DNA of 64,000 nucleotides from positions 821 through 64,820 of the forward strand of contig CACILT010000006.1 in assembly GCA_902587565.1 (NCBI GenBank), read 5' to 3'. Shown piece by piece: positions 22,701-30,565 of the stretch (positions within the stretch are counted from its first letter, which is position 1; each line of letters opens with the position of its first letter). A program made the position numbers and the translations under genes. The notes under the pieces are model-generated. The model was given only the letters and a program-made list of their open reading frames with translations, did no database searches and had not been told where the DNA came from. The stretch comes from an uncultured Alphaproteobacteria bacterium (GTDB taxonomy: Bacteria > Pseudomonadota > Alphaproteobacteria > HIMB59 > GCA-002718135).

Positions 22701-24228
22701 TCATCATGACATTTATTCTATCGAAGATTTAGCCCAGCTGATTTACGATTTGAAACAAATAAATCCTAAAGCTAAAGTGTGTGTTAAGCTAGTTGCTCAG
22801 TCAGGTATTGGTACAGTTGCAGCTGGTGTTGCAAAAGCAAAAGCTGATACGATACTTATTTCTGGTCATAATGGTGGAACTGGAGCAAGCCCACAAACAA
22901 GCATTAAATATGCAGGACTTCCTTGGGAACTTGGATTAAGTGAAGTACATCAAGTTTTATCTCTAAATAACTTGAGGGATAAAGTTGTTCTAAGAACTGA
23001 TGGAGGTTTGAAAACTGGAAAAGACATTGTTATTGCGGCTATGCTTGGGGCAGAAGAATATGGAATTGGGACAGCAAGTTTAGTTGCTATGGGCTGCATC
23101 ATGGTTAGACAATGTCATTCAAATACTTGTCCTGTTGGAGTCTGCTCACAGGATGAAAAACTTAGAGAAAAATTTACCGGAACACCAGAAAAAGTAATTA
23201 ATCTTTTTAGTTTTATTGCTGATGAAGTAAGAGAAATTTTAGGATCACTAGGTTTCTCTTCTCTTGATGAAGTAGTTGGAAGATCTGATCTTTTATATCA
23301 AGTTAGTAGAGGAAGTTCTGATCTTGATGATTTAGATTTAAATCCAATTATTCAAACCATTGATTCATCAGTTGGAGAATTTGATATAAAGAAAAATACA
23401 ATTAATAAAGTTAGTGATAGTCTTGATATTAAAATCATAGAGGATGCTAAGTCTTTCTTTGAAACAGATCAAAAAATTGAACTAAACTATAATATAAAAA
23501 ATACTGATAGAGCTATTGGTACAAGACTTGCATCAGAAATTACTACTACAAAAGGTATGAGTTCTCTCCCAGAGGATTTCTTTACTGTTAATTTTCATGG
23601 TTCTGCCGGACAATCTTTTGGAGCCTGGAGTGTGCAAGGAACTACACTCAGAATTTTTGGTGATGCTAACGACTATGTAGCAAAAGGTTTATCAGGTGGT
23701 AAAATTGTCATTCAACCAAGTTCATATTCACAACTGCAAACAAACAAAAACGTTATCATTGGAAATACTGTTCTATATGGCGCAACACGTGGTAAACTTT
23801 TTGCAGCTGGAAATGCTGGTGATAGATTTGCTGTTAGAAACTCTGGTGCACATGCCGTCATTGAAGGATGTGGTGATAACGGATGTGAATATATGACTGG
23901 AGGAAGTGCAGTTATTCTGGGTGAAGTAGGAAATAATTTTGGAGCTGGAATGACAGGAGGTATGGCATTTGTTTATGACAAAGAAGGAACTTTACCTCTT
24001 CGAATTAATCTTGAAGATATTTTCTACCAACAACAAATGACAAGTTATTGGGAGAACATTTTATATCAAAAAATTGAGGAACACATCAAAGAAACAAATT
24101 CACAGTACGCAAAAAATCTTCTTAAAAATTGGGAAAATGAAAAATTACTTTTTTGGCAGATTGTACCAAAAGAAATGATTAATAAATTTGATCGTCCTGT
24201 CTTAATACAAGAAGAAAAATCTGCTTAG
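19711..24228 (+). CDS. gltB: Glutamate synthase large subunit
   Basis: 1505 aa. The Ntn amidotransferase Cys lies in HSSCGVGL after a short propeptide. It has the FMN/3Fe-4S central domain and a C-terminal GXGXG beta-helix region. It overlaps gltD by 8 nt. Confidence 0.97.
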   Translation: MRNHFIEKYKKDKKFLEENHIYNEQDEHSSCGVGLIASLDGSETREIVELGVQALRVLYHRGAVDADGKTGDGAGIQLSIPKNFFIQQIERTGHTPNHLPFGVGMIFLPRTDFAAQENARTIVESEIIKEGLKIYGWRHVPINSSIIGDKAKATRPEIEQILICNEELEDEKQFDNTLYIIRKRIEKEIRNQNISDFYICSLSCQSIVYKGMFLAEQLSNFYPDIQNKDFISRYAVYHQRYSTNTFPTWSLAQPFRVIAHNGEINTLKGNKNWMAAHEPRMKHKNFGNNVDDLKPIIDAKASDSAALDSTIELLVKANRSLPMAKIITIPEAWSHRRDFPKKIKDLYAYGGAVMEPWDGPAAICGTYGDWAIAGMDRNGLRPIRYTLTKNLLIAGSETGMVDIKENEIIERGRVGPGQLIAVNFKEKKFFKDHEIKKYLADTKPFGDWTKKITYIDKLVQSVDEEFRDLDSGDLRKRMACFAWSVEDIELILHPMIAEKKEATGSMGDDTPLAVLSNKYRGLHHFFRQNFSQVTNPPIDSLRERVVMSLRTRIGNLSNILDEDENQCNHLQLNSPVLSIEQFKSMRRYMKDTVKIINTTMDKTNPENNFETEILRINQEAEQAVREGYVHIILSDKEMSKTRIALPMILVTSSVHHHLIKQNLRTFISLNVQSAECLDVQYFAVLIGVGATSVNAYMAQQAIAERHKRGLFKNLSYEECVERFITSINNGLLKTMSKMGISVINSYRGGCNFEAIGLSRNLMSKYFPSMSSKISGIGISGIERRSRLAHDRAYEESVITLPIGGNYRYRFGGEKHAFEARSIHMLQTAVSSNNYSLFKKYSSMIDEMDPINIRDLLDFKKNNDNSNSNIVEPSQEIRKRLVAPGISLGALSPEAHETLSVAMNRIGAKSDSGEGGEDPIRFKPKPNGDNPSSKIKQIASGRFGVTAEYLNNCEEIEIKVAQGAKPGEGGQLPGGKVTELIAKLRHSTEGVTLISPPPHHDIYSIEDLAQLIYDLKQINPKAKVCVKLVAQSGIGTVAAGVAKAKADTILISGHNGGTGASPQTSIKYAGLPWELGLSEVHQVLSLNNLRDKVVLRTDGGLKTGKDIVIAAMLGAEEYGIGTASLVAMGCIMVRQCHSNTCPVGVCSQDEKLREKFTGTPEKVINLFSFIADEVREILGSLGFSSLDEVVGRSDLLYQVSRGSSDLDDLDLNPIIQTIDSSVGEFDIKKNTINKVSDSLDIKIIEDAKSFFETDQKIELNYNIKNTDRAIGTRLASEITTTKGMSSLPEDFFTVNFHGSAGQSFGAWSVQGTTLRIFGDANDYVAKGLSGGKIVIQPSSYSQLQTNKNVIIGNTVLYGATRGKLFAAGNAGDRFAVRNSGAHAVIEGCGDNGCEYMTGGSAVILGEVGNNFGAGMTGGMAFVYDKEGTLPLRINLEDIFYQQQMTSYWENILYQKIEEHIKETNSQYAKNLLKNWENEKLLFWQIVPKEMINKFDRPVLIQEEKSA

Positions 24229-24956
24229 TTTTTTATTACTGATTTAATTGACTCATTTATTATTTTTAAATCAAACGGTTCTGATAATCGATGATCACTA
24301 TTTTTTAATAATTTAATTTGTATTTGATTACCTTTAACTTTTTTTACTATTTTTTCGGGAACATCTGGAGTGACAACATTATCTTTCAGGCCTTGTATTA
24401 AAATTAAAGGCTTATCCCATTTGAATTCTTTATTTAGAATTTTATTTTTTCTACCTTCAACAATATATTTTTTTCTTATAAGATAACTAAACCCATAGGA
24501 AGAATATTTAATAATTCCATTTTTATTCATTTCTTGTTTTTTCTTTAAAGGGAGTTTTTTATAAAATTCATCGATATAATCAGGCGCTGCGGCTAGGCCT
24601 ATTAACCCAGCAATTCTTTTTGGTCTTGCTTTGGCAGCTAAAAACATCAACCAGCCACCCATGCTACTACCAACTATTATTTGTGGTCCTTTAGCAATAC
24701 TATCAATAATATCTATTAAGTCTTTCTTCCAATCTGAAATTGTAAAATCTTCAAATTTTCCATCAGATTTACCATGACCACGGCATTCAAAACTTATAAA
24801 TCCATATTTATTTTTCCTTGCAAATTTCTCCAAAGATAAAGCTTTTTGACCGTTCATATCCGAATTAAGACCATGAATAAATATAATACCAGGACTTTTA
24901 CCTTTTATAGATTTATAGCGAATTCTCTCTTTTTTTTTATTAATAAAGTAAGGCAT
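24225..24956 (-). CDS. Alpha/beta-fold hydrolase
   Basis: Oxyanion region IFIHGL and nucleophile elbow GSSMGG. 243 aa. The substrate is unknown. Confidence 0.75.
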   Translation of the reverse strand: MPYFINKKKERIRYKSIKGKSPGIIFIHGLNSDMNGQKALSLEKFARKNKYGFISFECRGHGKSDGKFEDFTISDWKKDLIDIIDSIAKGPQIIVGSSMGGWLMFLAAKARPKRIAGLIGLAAAPDYIDEFYKKLPLKKKQEMNKNGIIKYSSYGFSYLIRKKYIVEGRKNKILNKEFKWDKPLILIQGLKDNVVTPDVPEKIVKKVKGNQIQIKLLKNSDHRLSEPFDLKIINESIKSVIKN

Positions 24957-24986
24957 CTTTGATACAAATACTTTTATTTTAAAATA

Positions 24987-26114
24987 ATGTCATCAATTAA
25001 TATAGCACAATTACTTCCTTCTTTAGAAACTGGAGGTGTAGAAAGAGGTGTTGTTGATTTAAGTAATCATCTTTCTAATAAGAGAATTAAAAACCATATT
25101 ATTTCAACCGGCGGTAGTTTAGTAAAATATTTGAATAATAAATATACAACCCATCATAAACTAAATGTGAGATCAAAAAATTTTTTATTATTCCCTTTAA
25201 TTTCAAAAGAAATAAATGATTTATTAAAAAAATATAAAATTAATATTCTTCATACACGATCAAGAAGCCCGGCTTGGATGGTTAACTTAATTAGAAACAA
25301 GAAATTCAAAACAGTCTCAACATTTCATAATGTTTATAATGGAAGTAGTTTTATAAAAAAAACTTATAATAAAGGTCTCGCAAAGATGGATTATGTAGTT
25401 GCTAATTCAAATTTTGTTAAAGAAGAAATTATAGAAAAATATAATTTATACAATAAAGATATAAAAGTAATTCCAAGAGGTGTGGATATAGATTTTTTTA
25501 ATTCAATTAACAAATATGATGAAGTAGATCAATTTAAAAATAAAATTGAATTTGATAAAAATAAAAAAATAATTTTCTTTCCAGGTAGAATAACTTCTTG
25601 GAAGGGTCAAAAAGAGTTTTTAAAAGTAATAATTAGACTACAAAATGATAATTATTTTTTTTATTTTGCTGGAGGAGCAACAAATAAAAGATATGATGAA
25701 GAATTAAAAAATGAAATCAAAATTAATAAATTGGATAATGTTTGTAAAGTTTTAGGCAACTTAAATAGTTTAGAATTTCGATGTTTACTTGACCTATCAC
25801 ATATTGTGCTGTCACTTCCAACTTCTCCTGAGGGTTTTGGTAGAACAGTTAGTGAGGCATTAAGTATGAATAAAGTGGTATTAGGTTTTGATTATGGTGG
25901 AGTTAGAGATCAACTTAGAGATTTGGATCCATTATTTAGGATTAAACCACATGATTATAATGAAATTTTCTTTAAGATAAAAAAACTAGAAAATTTTACA
26001 AAAGAAGAATTTAAAAATTTGACAAAATATTCTCGACAACATGTGAAAAAAAATTTTTCACTTAAAAATATGTTAGAAAATTATGAAAAGTTGTATCAAT
26101 CTATTATTAACTAA
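24987..26114 (+). CDS. Glycosyltransferase family 4 (group 1)
   Basis: N-terminal LPSLETGGVERGV and C-terminal EGFGRTVSEAL (E-x7-E region). 375 aa. Confidence 0.8.
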   Translation: MSSINIAQLLPSLETGGVERGVVDLSNHLSNKRIKNHIISTGGSLVKYLNNKYTTHHKLNVRSKNFLLFPLISKEINDLLKKYKINILHTRSRSPAWMVNLIRNKKFKTVSTFHNVYNGSSFIKKTYNKGLAKMDYVVANSNFVKEEIIEKYNLYNKDIKVIPRGVDIDFFNSINKYDEVDQFKNKIEFDKNKKIIFFPGRITSWKGQKEFLKVIIRLQNDNYFFYFAGGATNKRYDEELKNEIKINKLDNVCKVLGNLNSLEFRCLLDLSHIVLSLPTSPEGFGRTVSEALSMNKVVLGFDYGGVRDQLRDLDPLFRIKPHDYNEIFFKIKKLENFTKEEFKNLTKYSRQHVKKNFSLKNMLENYEKLYQSIIN

Positions 26115-27227
26115 ATGAGAATAGATATTTTATTGCCATATAGAGAAAAATTTACTTTAACAAAAGCTTCAGCAGTCTCAACTAGTGTTAAAAATTCAAT
26201 AACTTACTCAAGTTATAAAAATGACATTAAAATCTATGGCCATTCCGTAGAAAACCCAATGTTGCAAAAAAATTTCATTGGCATCAACACTAATAAATTC
26301 ATTCATTTTAGTAATAATATTTCCTTAATTAAGAACTATTTAAAATTAAATAAAAATAATAATGAAAAAAAATTAATCGAAATACATAATAGGCCGTATT
26401 TACTTAAATATTTATTACATAAAAATAGTCATAATCCTGTTATTTTATATTTTCATAATGATCCAATAAAAATGAAGGGTTCAATTTCAATAAAAGAAAG
26501 AGAAGTTATATTGAAAAATGTTTCAGGATTAGTTTTTGTTAGCAAATTCTTAAAAGAAAAATTTCTTGAAGGAATTAAAACTAATAGTTCAAAATTATTT
26601 GTTATACCTAATAGTCTGGATATTAATAAAAATGTATCTTTAGAGAAAAAAAAGAAAAGAGTTTTATTTGTTGGCAGATTAGTAAATGAAAAGGGAGTGC
26701 AGATATATGTAAATGCTATAAAAAAAATAGCAAAAAAATTTCCTAATTGGGAATTTTTATTAATTGGTAATTCTGGAAAAAGAAATAAATTTTTTCAAAA
26801 AAATAATTTTGAAAATAAAATTATAAAACAATTCCAAGATATTGGACCCAACACTAACCATTTGGGGTTTTTATCTAACAATGAGGTATTAACTATTATG
26901 GAAACCTCTCTAATACTCGTTGTTCCCTCAATATGGGAAGAACCTTTTGGCTTGACTGCAATAGAAGGCATTTCAAACAGAATGTTAGTAGTTGCAAATA
27001 ATGTAGGAGGGCTGAAAGATATAGTTTCCAATAGAGGAATACTATTGAATGATATTAATGAGGAAATACTATCAGAAAAATTGATTGAATTATTAAATAA
27101 TCCAAAACAAATATCAACTATTCAAAATAAATGTTTGGAAAATTATATTTATGACCAAGAGACTGTTTCTTCTAAACAGGATCAAATTAGAAAAAAGATA
27201 TTTCAAAAATATTTTAATGTTGAATAA
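26115..27227 (+). CDS. Glycosyltransferase family 4 (group 1)
   Basis: C-terminal WEEPFGLTAIEGI E-x7-E region. 370 aa. It starts 1 nt after the preceding GT gene. Confidence 0.78.
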   Translation: MRIDILLPYREKFTLTKASAVSTSVKNSITYSSYKNDIKIYGHSVENPMLQKNFIGINTNKFIHFSNNISLIKNYLKLNKNNNEKKLIEIHNRPYLLKYLLHKNSHNPVILYFHNDPIKMKGSISIKEREVILKNVSGLVFVSKFLKEKFLEGIKTNSSKLFVIPNSLDINKNVSLEKKKKRVLFVGRLVNEKGVQIYVNAIKKIAKKFPNWEFLLIGNSGKRNKFFQKNNFENKIIKQFQDIGPNTNHLGFLSNNEVLTIMETSLILVVPSIWEEPFGLTAIEGISNRMLVVANNVGGLKDIVSNRGILLNDINEEILSEKLIELLNNPKQISTIQNKCLENYIYDQETVSSKQDQIRKKIFQKYFNVE

Positions 27228-28146
27228 AAATATAAATAAAATTCTAGTTATTAAACATGGCTCTTTAGGAGATATAGTTTTTGCTTTAGAAGCAATGTTT
27301 TCAATTAGAAATCATTTTAAAAAATCAAATATTGTTCTTTTAACTGAGAATAAATTTCAAAAATTTTTTAAAAACTCTAATTATTTTGATGGAATTATTT
27401 TTGATAATAGAGGTGGTTTATTTAATTCTCTTAAAGTTTTAAATATTTTAATAAAGAAAAGATTTGATTTGGTTATCGATTTACAAAACTCTAAAAGATC
27501 AAATTTATATAATTTTTTCCTAAAATACTTAAGCAAGTCATTAATTAATAGTAATAGATCTAATGCAGATTTTAGGTATATCATAAAACCAAAAGGTATG
27601 GAATCTCCCAAAACAGGTTTAAATAATCAAATAAAACTAATTGGAATTAAATCAACTGTTGATGATTATAAGTGGTTAAATATAAATACTGGGATAAATG
27701 ATTTCAAAAATTATGTTTTAATTATACCTTCCACCTCAATTTCTGGAAAACACAAACAGTGGCCAAACAAAAAATTTATTGAACTTTGCATTAGATTAGA
27801 AAGTAGTGGAATGAAAATTTGTTTAGTTGGAACTAAAGATGATAAAGAAATTACTAAGAAAATAGCAGATAATTGTAAAAATGCTTTAGACTTTACTGAA
27901 AAATCACCTCCTGCAATTATTTTTTCTATTGCTAAAAATTGTGAATTAGTTTTGACAAATGATACAGGTCCTGGACATATTGCTGCATTATCAAGAAACA
28001 AAGTTCTTTGGTTAGCAGTAAATAATTTAACTTCAAAAATAAATATTGAAAATACTAATTCTAATATAAAAATATTATCAGATAAAATTGAAGATATATC
28101 TGTTGAAGAAGTATTTAATAAAATTAAAGAAATATTACATTATTAA
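27217..28146 (+). CDS. Glycosyltransferase family 9 (heptosyltransferase-like, LPS core)
   Basis: ILVIKHGSLGDIVFAL N-terminus and NDTGPGHIAA C-terminal motif. I set the start at ATG 27217 (MLNKNINK...), which gives an 11-nt overlap with the upstream GT. Confidence 0.78.
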   Translation: MLNKNINKILVIKHGSLGDIVFALEAMFSIRNHFKKSNIVLLTENKFQKFFKNSNYFDGIIFDNRGGLFNSLKVLNILIKKRFDLVIDLQNSKRSNLYNFFLKYLSKSLINSNRSNADFRYIIKPKGMESPKTGLNNQIKLIGIKSTVDDYKWLNINTGINDFKNYVLIIPSTSISGKHKQWPNKKFIELCIRLESSGMKICLVGTKDDKEITKKIADNCKNALDFTEKSPPAIIFSIAKNCELVLTNDTGPGHIAALSRNKVLWLAVNNLTSKINIENTNSNIKILSDKIEDISVEEVFNKIKEILHY

Positions 28147-28272
28147 TATTAATTTAAAAATGTCTCTTGAATTTACATTAATTTAAGATTATATCCTTCA
28201 AAAAATATGCAAAAAAACATTAATTACTAATATGCTATTTAAATATAGTATCAAATCAATCTCAATTTAATT

Positions 28273-28812
28273 TTGGCCATTAACTTTAAATCAAATAAAA
28301 ATACTGGTCCTAGAATCAACGAGCAAATTACTGCTAGTGAAGTCAGGTTAATTTCTAGTACAGGAAAACAACTTGGAATTTTAAGTATTCGTGAAGCACT
28401 TATACAGGCAGAAGATGAAGGATTTGATTTGGTTGAAGTATCGCCTGAGGCCAATCCGCCAGTTTGTAAGATTATTGATTATGGTAAATTAAAATATAGA
28501 GAGCAAAAAAGTAAAAAAGAAGCAAAGAAGAAACAAAAAACAATAGAAGTAAAAGAAATTAAAATGAGACCGGGAATAGATACTCACGATTACAATGTTA
28601 AAGTTAAAGCTTTATCAAAATTTATTGGCGGTGGAAATAAGGTAAAAGTTTCTATGCGATTTAGAGGTCGAGAAATGGAACATCAAAACTTAGGTTTTGA
28701 TTTACTTAAAAAACTTACAACAGAAGTTGAAGAATACGCAAAAGTTGAAGTAGCTCCAAAATTTGAGGGAAAACAAATAATGATGATACTTGTTCCACAA
28801 GTTGCTAAATAA
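28273..28812 (+). CDS. infC: Translation initiation factor IF-3 (non-ATG start, exact start codon uncertain)
   Basis: PRINEQITASEVRLIS..GKQLGI N-domain and a KEIKMRPGIDTHDY C-domain. The frame opens after TAG 28246-28248 and has no ATG or GTG before the conserved domain. Candidate starts are ATC 28255, ATT 28270, TTG 28273 and ATT 28279. Confidence 0.9.
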   Translation: MAINFKSNKNTGPRINEQITASEVRLISSTGKQLGILSIREALIQAEDEGFDLVEVSPEANPPVCKIIDYGKLKYREQKSKKEAKKKQKTIEVKEIKMRPGIDTHDYNVKVKALSKFIGGGNKVKVSMRFRGREMEHQNLGFDLLKKLTTEVEEYAKVEVAPKFEGKQIMMILVPQVAK

Positions 28813-28866
28813 TTCTACATATTGCAAAATATTTAATTATCAGTATAAGCCATTCAAACTTGTTAT

Positions 28867-28882
28867 GGCCTGCGGGGCAGCC
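28867..28882 (+). promoter_or_regulatory. GC-rich hairpin in the infC-rpmI spacer (possible translational operator or processing signal)
   Basis: The sequence is ggcctgcggggcagcc. CTGC pairs with GCAG around a GGG loop, extended by GG/CC across a one-nt bulge. It is conspicuous in an otherwise AT-rich 100-nt spacer, lies about 20 nt upstream of the AAGGAG RBS of rpmI, and has no T-tract after it. Confidence 0.3.
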
Positions 28883-28912
28883 TAACGGGTAATATAAATA
28901 AAGGAGATAGTA

Positions 28913-29113
28913 ATGCCCAAGCTTAAAACAAAAAGTAGCTTAAAGAAAAGATTTTCCAGAACAGGTACAGGTAAAATTAAATTTAAACCTGCTGGAAAGA
29001 GACATGGAATGAGTAAACGTTCCAATAAATTTATTCGTAACACTAAAAGATCTGCAATTATGTCACCAGGCGACACTGCTTTAATTGATCATATGTTACC
29101 ATACAACAAGTAA
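28913..29113 (+). CDS. rpmI: 50S ribosomal protein L35
   Basis: [15 protein letters not shown]-terminus. 66 aa. A strong AAGGAG RBS sits 7 nt upstream. Confidence 0.95.
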   Translation: MPKLKTKSSLKKRFSRTGTGKIKFKPAGKRHGMSKRSNKFIRNTKRSAIMSPGDTALIDHMLPYNK

Positions 29114-29123
29114 GGGGAAATCA

Positions 29124-29477
29124 ATGGCAAGAGTATCACGAGGTGTTACAGCAAGAGCTAGACACAAAAAAGTAATTAAAAGAGCAAAAGGCTATTACGG
29201 TAGAAGAAAAAATGTTTTTCGAGTTGCTGTTCAGGCTGTCGAAAGAGGCATGCAATATGCATATAGAGATCGTAAAAAAAGAAAAAGTGATTTTAGAGGT
29301 TTATGGATTCAAAGAATCAACGCTGGAGTTAGACTTCATGGTTTAACATATTCGCAATTTATATCTGGTCTTAAAAAATCATCTATTGAAATAGATAGAA
29401 AGATTTTAGCGGATCTCGCAGTTAACCAACCAGAGGCTTTTAAAGCTTTAGTTGATAAAGCTCAATCTGCTAGATAA
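29124..29477 (+). CDS. rplT: 50S ribosomal protein L20
   Basis: [17 protein letters not shown]-terminus. I set the start at ATG 29124, which is preceded by AAGGGG. The track's longer ORF is an upstream extension. Confidence 0.95.
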   Translation: MARVSRGVTARARHKKVIKRAKGYYGRRKNVFRVAVQAVERGMQYAYRDRKKRKSDFRGLWIQRINAGVRLHGLTYSQFISGLKKSSIEIDRKILADLAVNQPEAFKALVDKAQSAR

Positions 29478-29506
29478 TTTAAATTAATAAAATATAATAG
29501 ATATTG

Positions 29507-30565
29507 ATGGCATTTGCTGAAAATAAAATTGATGTTCTAAAAAAAATTAAAGCTTCAAAATCCTTCGAAGATTTAGAAAAACTTCGATTATATTATTTAG
29601 GTAAAAAAGGATTAATACCTGAAGCTTTAAAAGGATTAGGTTCTTTGTCGATTGAAGAAAAAAAATCGAAAGGACAGGAATTAAATATTATTAAAAAAGA
29701 AATTGAAGAAGGTATTAAAAACCAAAGAACAGAAATTGAAAATATTGAAATTTCAAACAGGATTAATTTAGAATCAATTGATGTTACTCTACCACCTAAT
29801 ATTTCTGAAAAAGGAAAAATACACCCAATTAGTCAAACAATATTTAATATTATAGAAATTTTTGGAAATTTAAATTATGCAGTAGAAACAGGCCCAGATA
29901 TAGAAACAGATTTTAATAATTTTACAGCTTTAAATATTCCAGAACATCATCCAGCAAGAGAAATGCAGGATACTTTTTATATTCAGGATAATGGAGATAA
30001 AAATGTTCTTCGAACCCATACCAGTCCCGTTCAAGTAAGAACTATGTTCAACACAAAACCACCTATTAAAATTATTGTGCCTGGCAGAACTTATAGAAGT
30101 GACTCAGATGCTACACATGCTCCTATGTTTCATCAGGTAGAAGGTTTAGTCGTTGATACAAGTTCTACTATGGTTGATTTAAAATCAACACTCGTTTCAT
30201 TCTTAGAAGAATTTTTCGAAGTAAAAAACTTACAATACCGTTTTCGCCCTAGTTACTTTCCTTTTACTGAGCCTAGTGCAGAAATGGATGTAGCTTATAC
30301 CAAAGTTAATAATAAAATAAAAATTGGTGAAGGTGATAAATGGTTAGAAATATTGGGTTGTGGAATGGTCAATCCTGTAGTTCTTGATAATTGTAATATT
30401 GACTCAAAACAGTATCAGGGATTTGCTTTTGGTATGGGAATTGAGCGTTTGTCGATGCTTAAATATGGTATCTCAGATCTAAGAAGTTTTTTTGATCCAA
30501 ATTATAGATGGTTGGACCATTATGGTTTTAGTATTTTAGATAATCAAACACGATCAGGGTTATAA
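29507..30565 (+). CDS. pheS: Phenylalanine--tRNA ligase alpha subunit
   Basis: Class II motifs FRPSYFPFTEPS and GFAFGMGIERL. The start is ATG 29507, or the TTG at 29504 one codon earlier. Confidence 0.95.
   Translation: MAFAENKIDVLKKIKASKSFEDLEKLRLYYLGKKGLIPEALKGLGSLSIEEKKSKGQELNIIKKEIEEGIKNQRTEIENIEISNRINLESIDVTLPPNISEKGKIHPISQTIFNIIEIFGNLNYAVETGPDIETDFNNFTALNIPEHHPAREMQDTFYIQDNGDKNVLRTHTSPVQVRTMFNTKPPIKIIVPGRTYRSDSDATHAPMFHQVEGLVVDTSSTMVDLKSTLVSFLEEFFEVKNLQYRFRPSYFPFTEPSAEMDVAYTKVNNKIKIGEGDKWLEILGCGMVNPVVLDNCNIDSKQYQGFAFGMGIERLSMLKYGISDLRSFFDPNYRWLDHYGFSILDNQTRSGL

Noticed and set aside
27151-27216. Upstream extension of the GT9 gene. The rplT extension at 29085-29123 is a similar case.
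   Set aside because: The extensions overlap the preceding genes extensively. Internal ATGs (27217 and 29124) give canonical family N-termini, and for rplT a good RBS.
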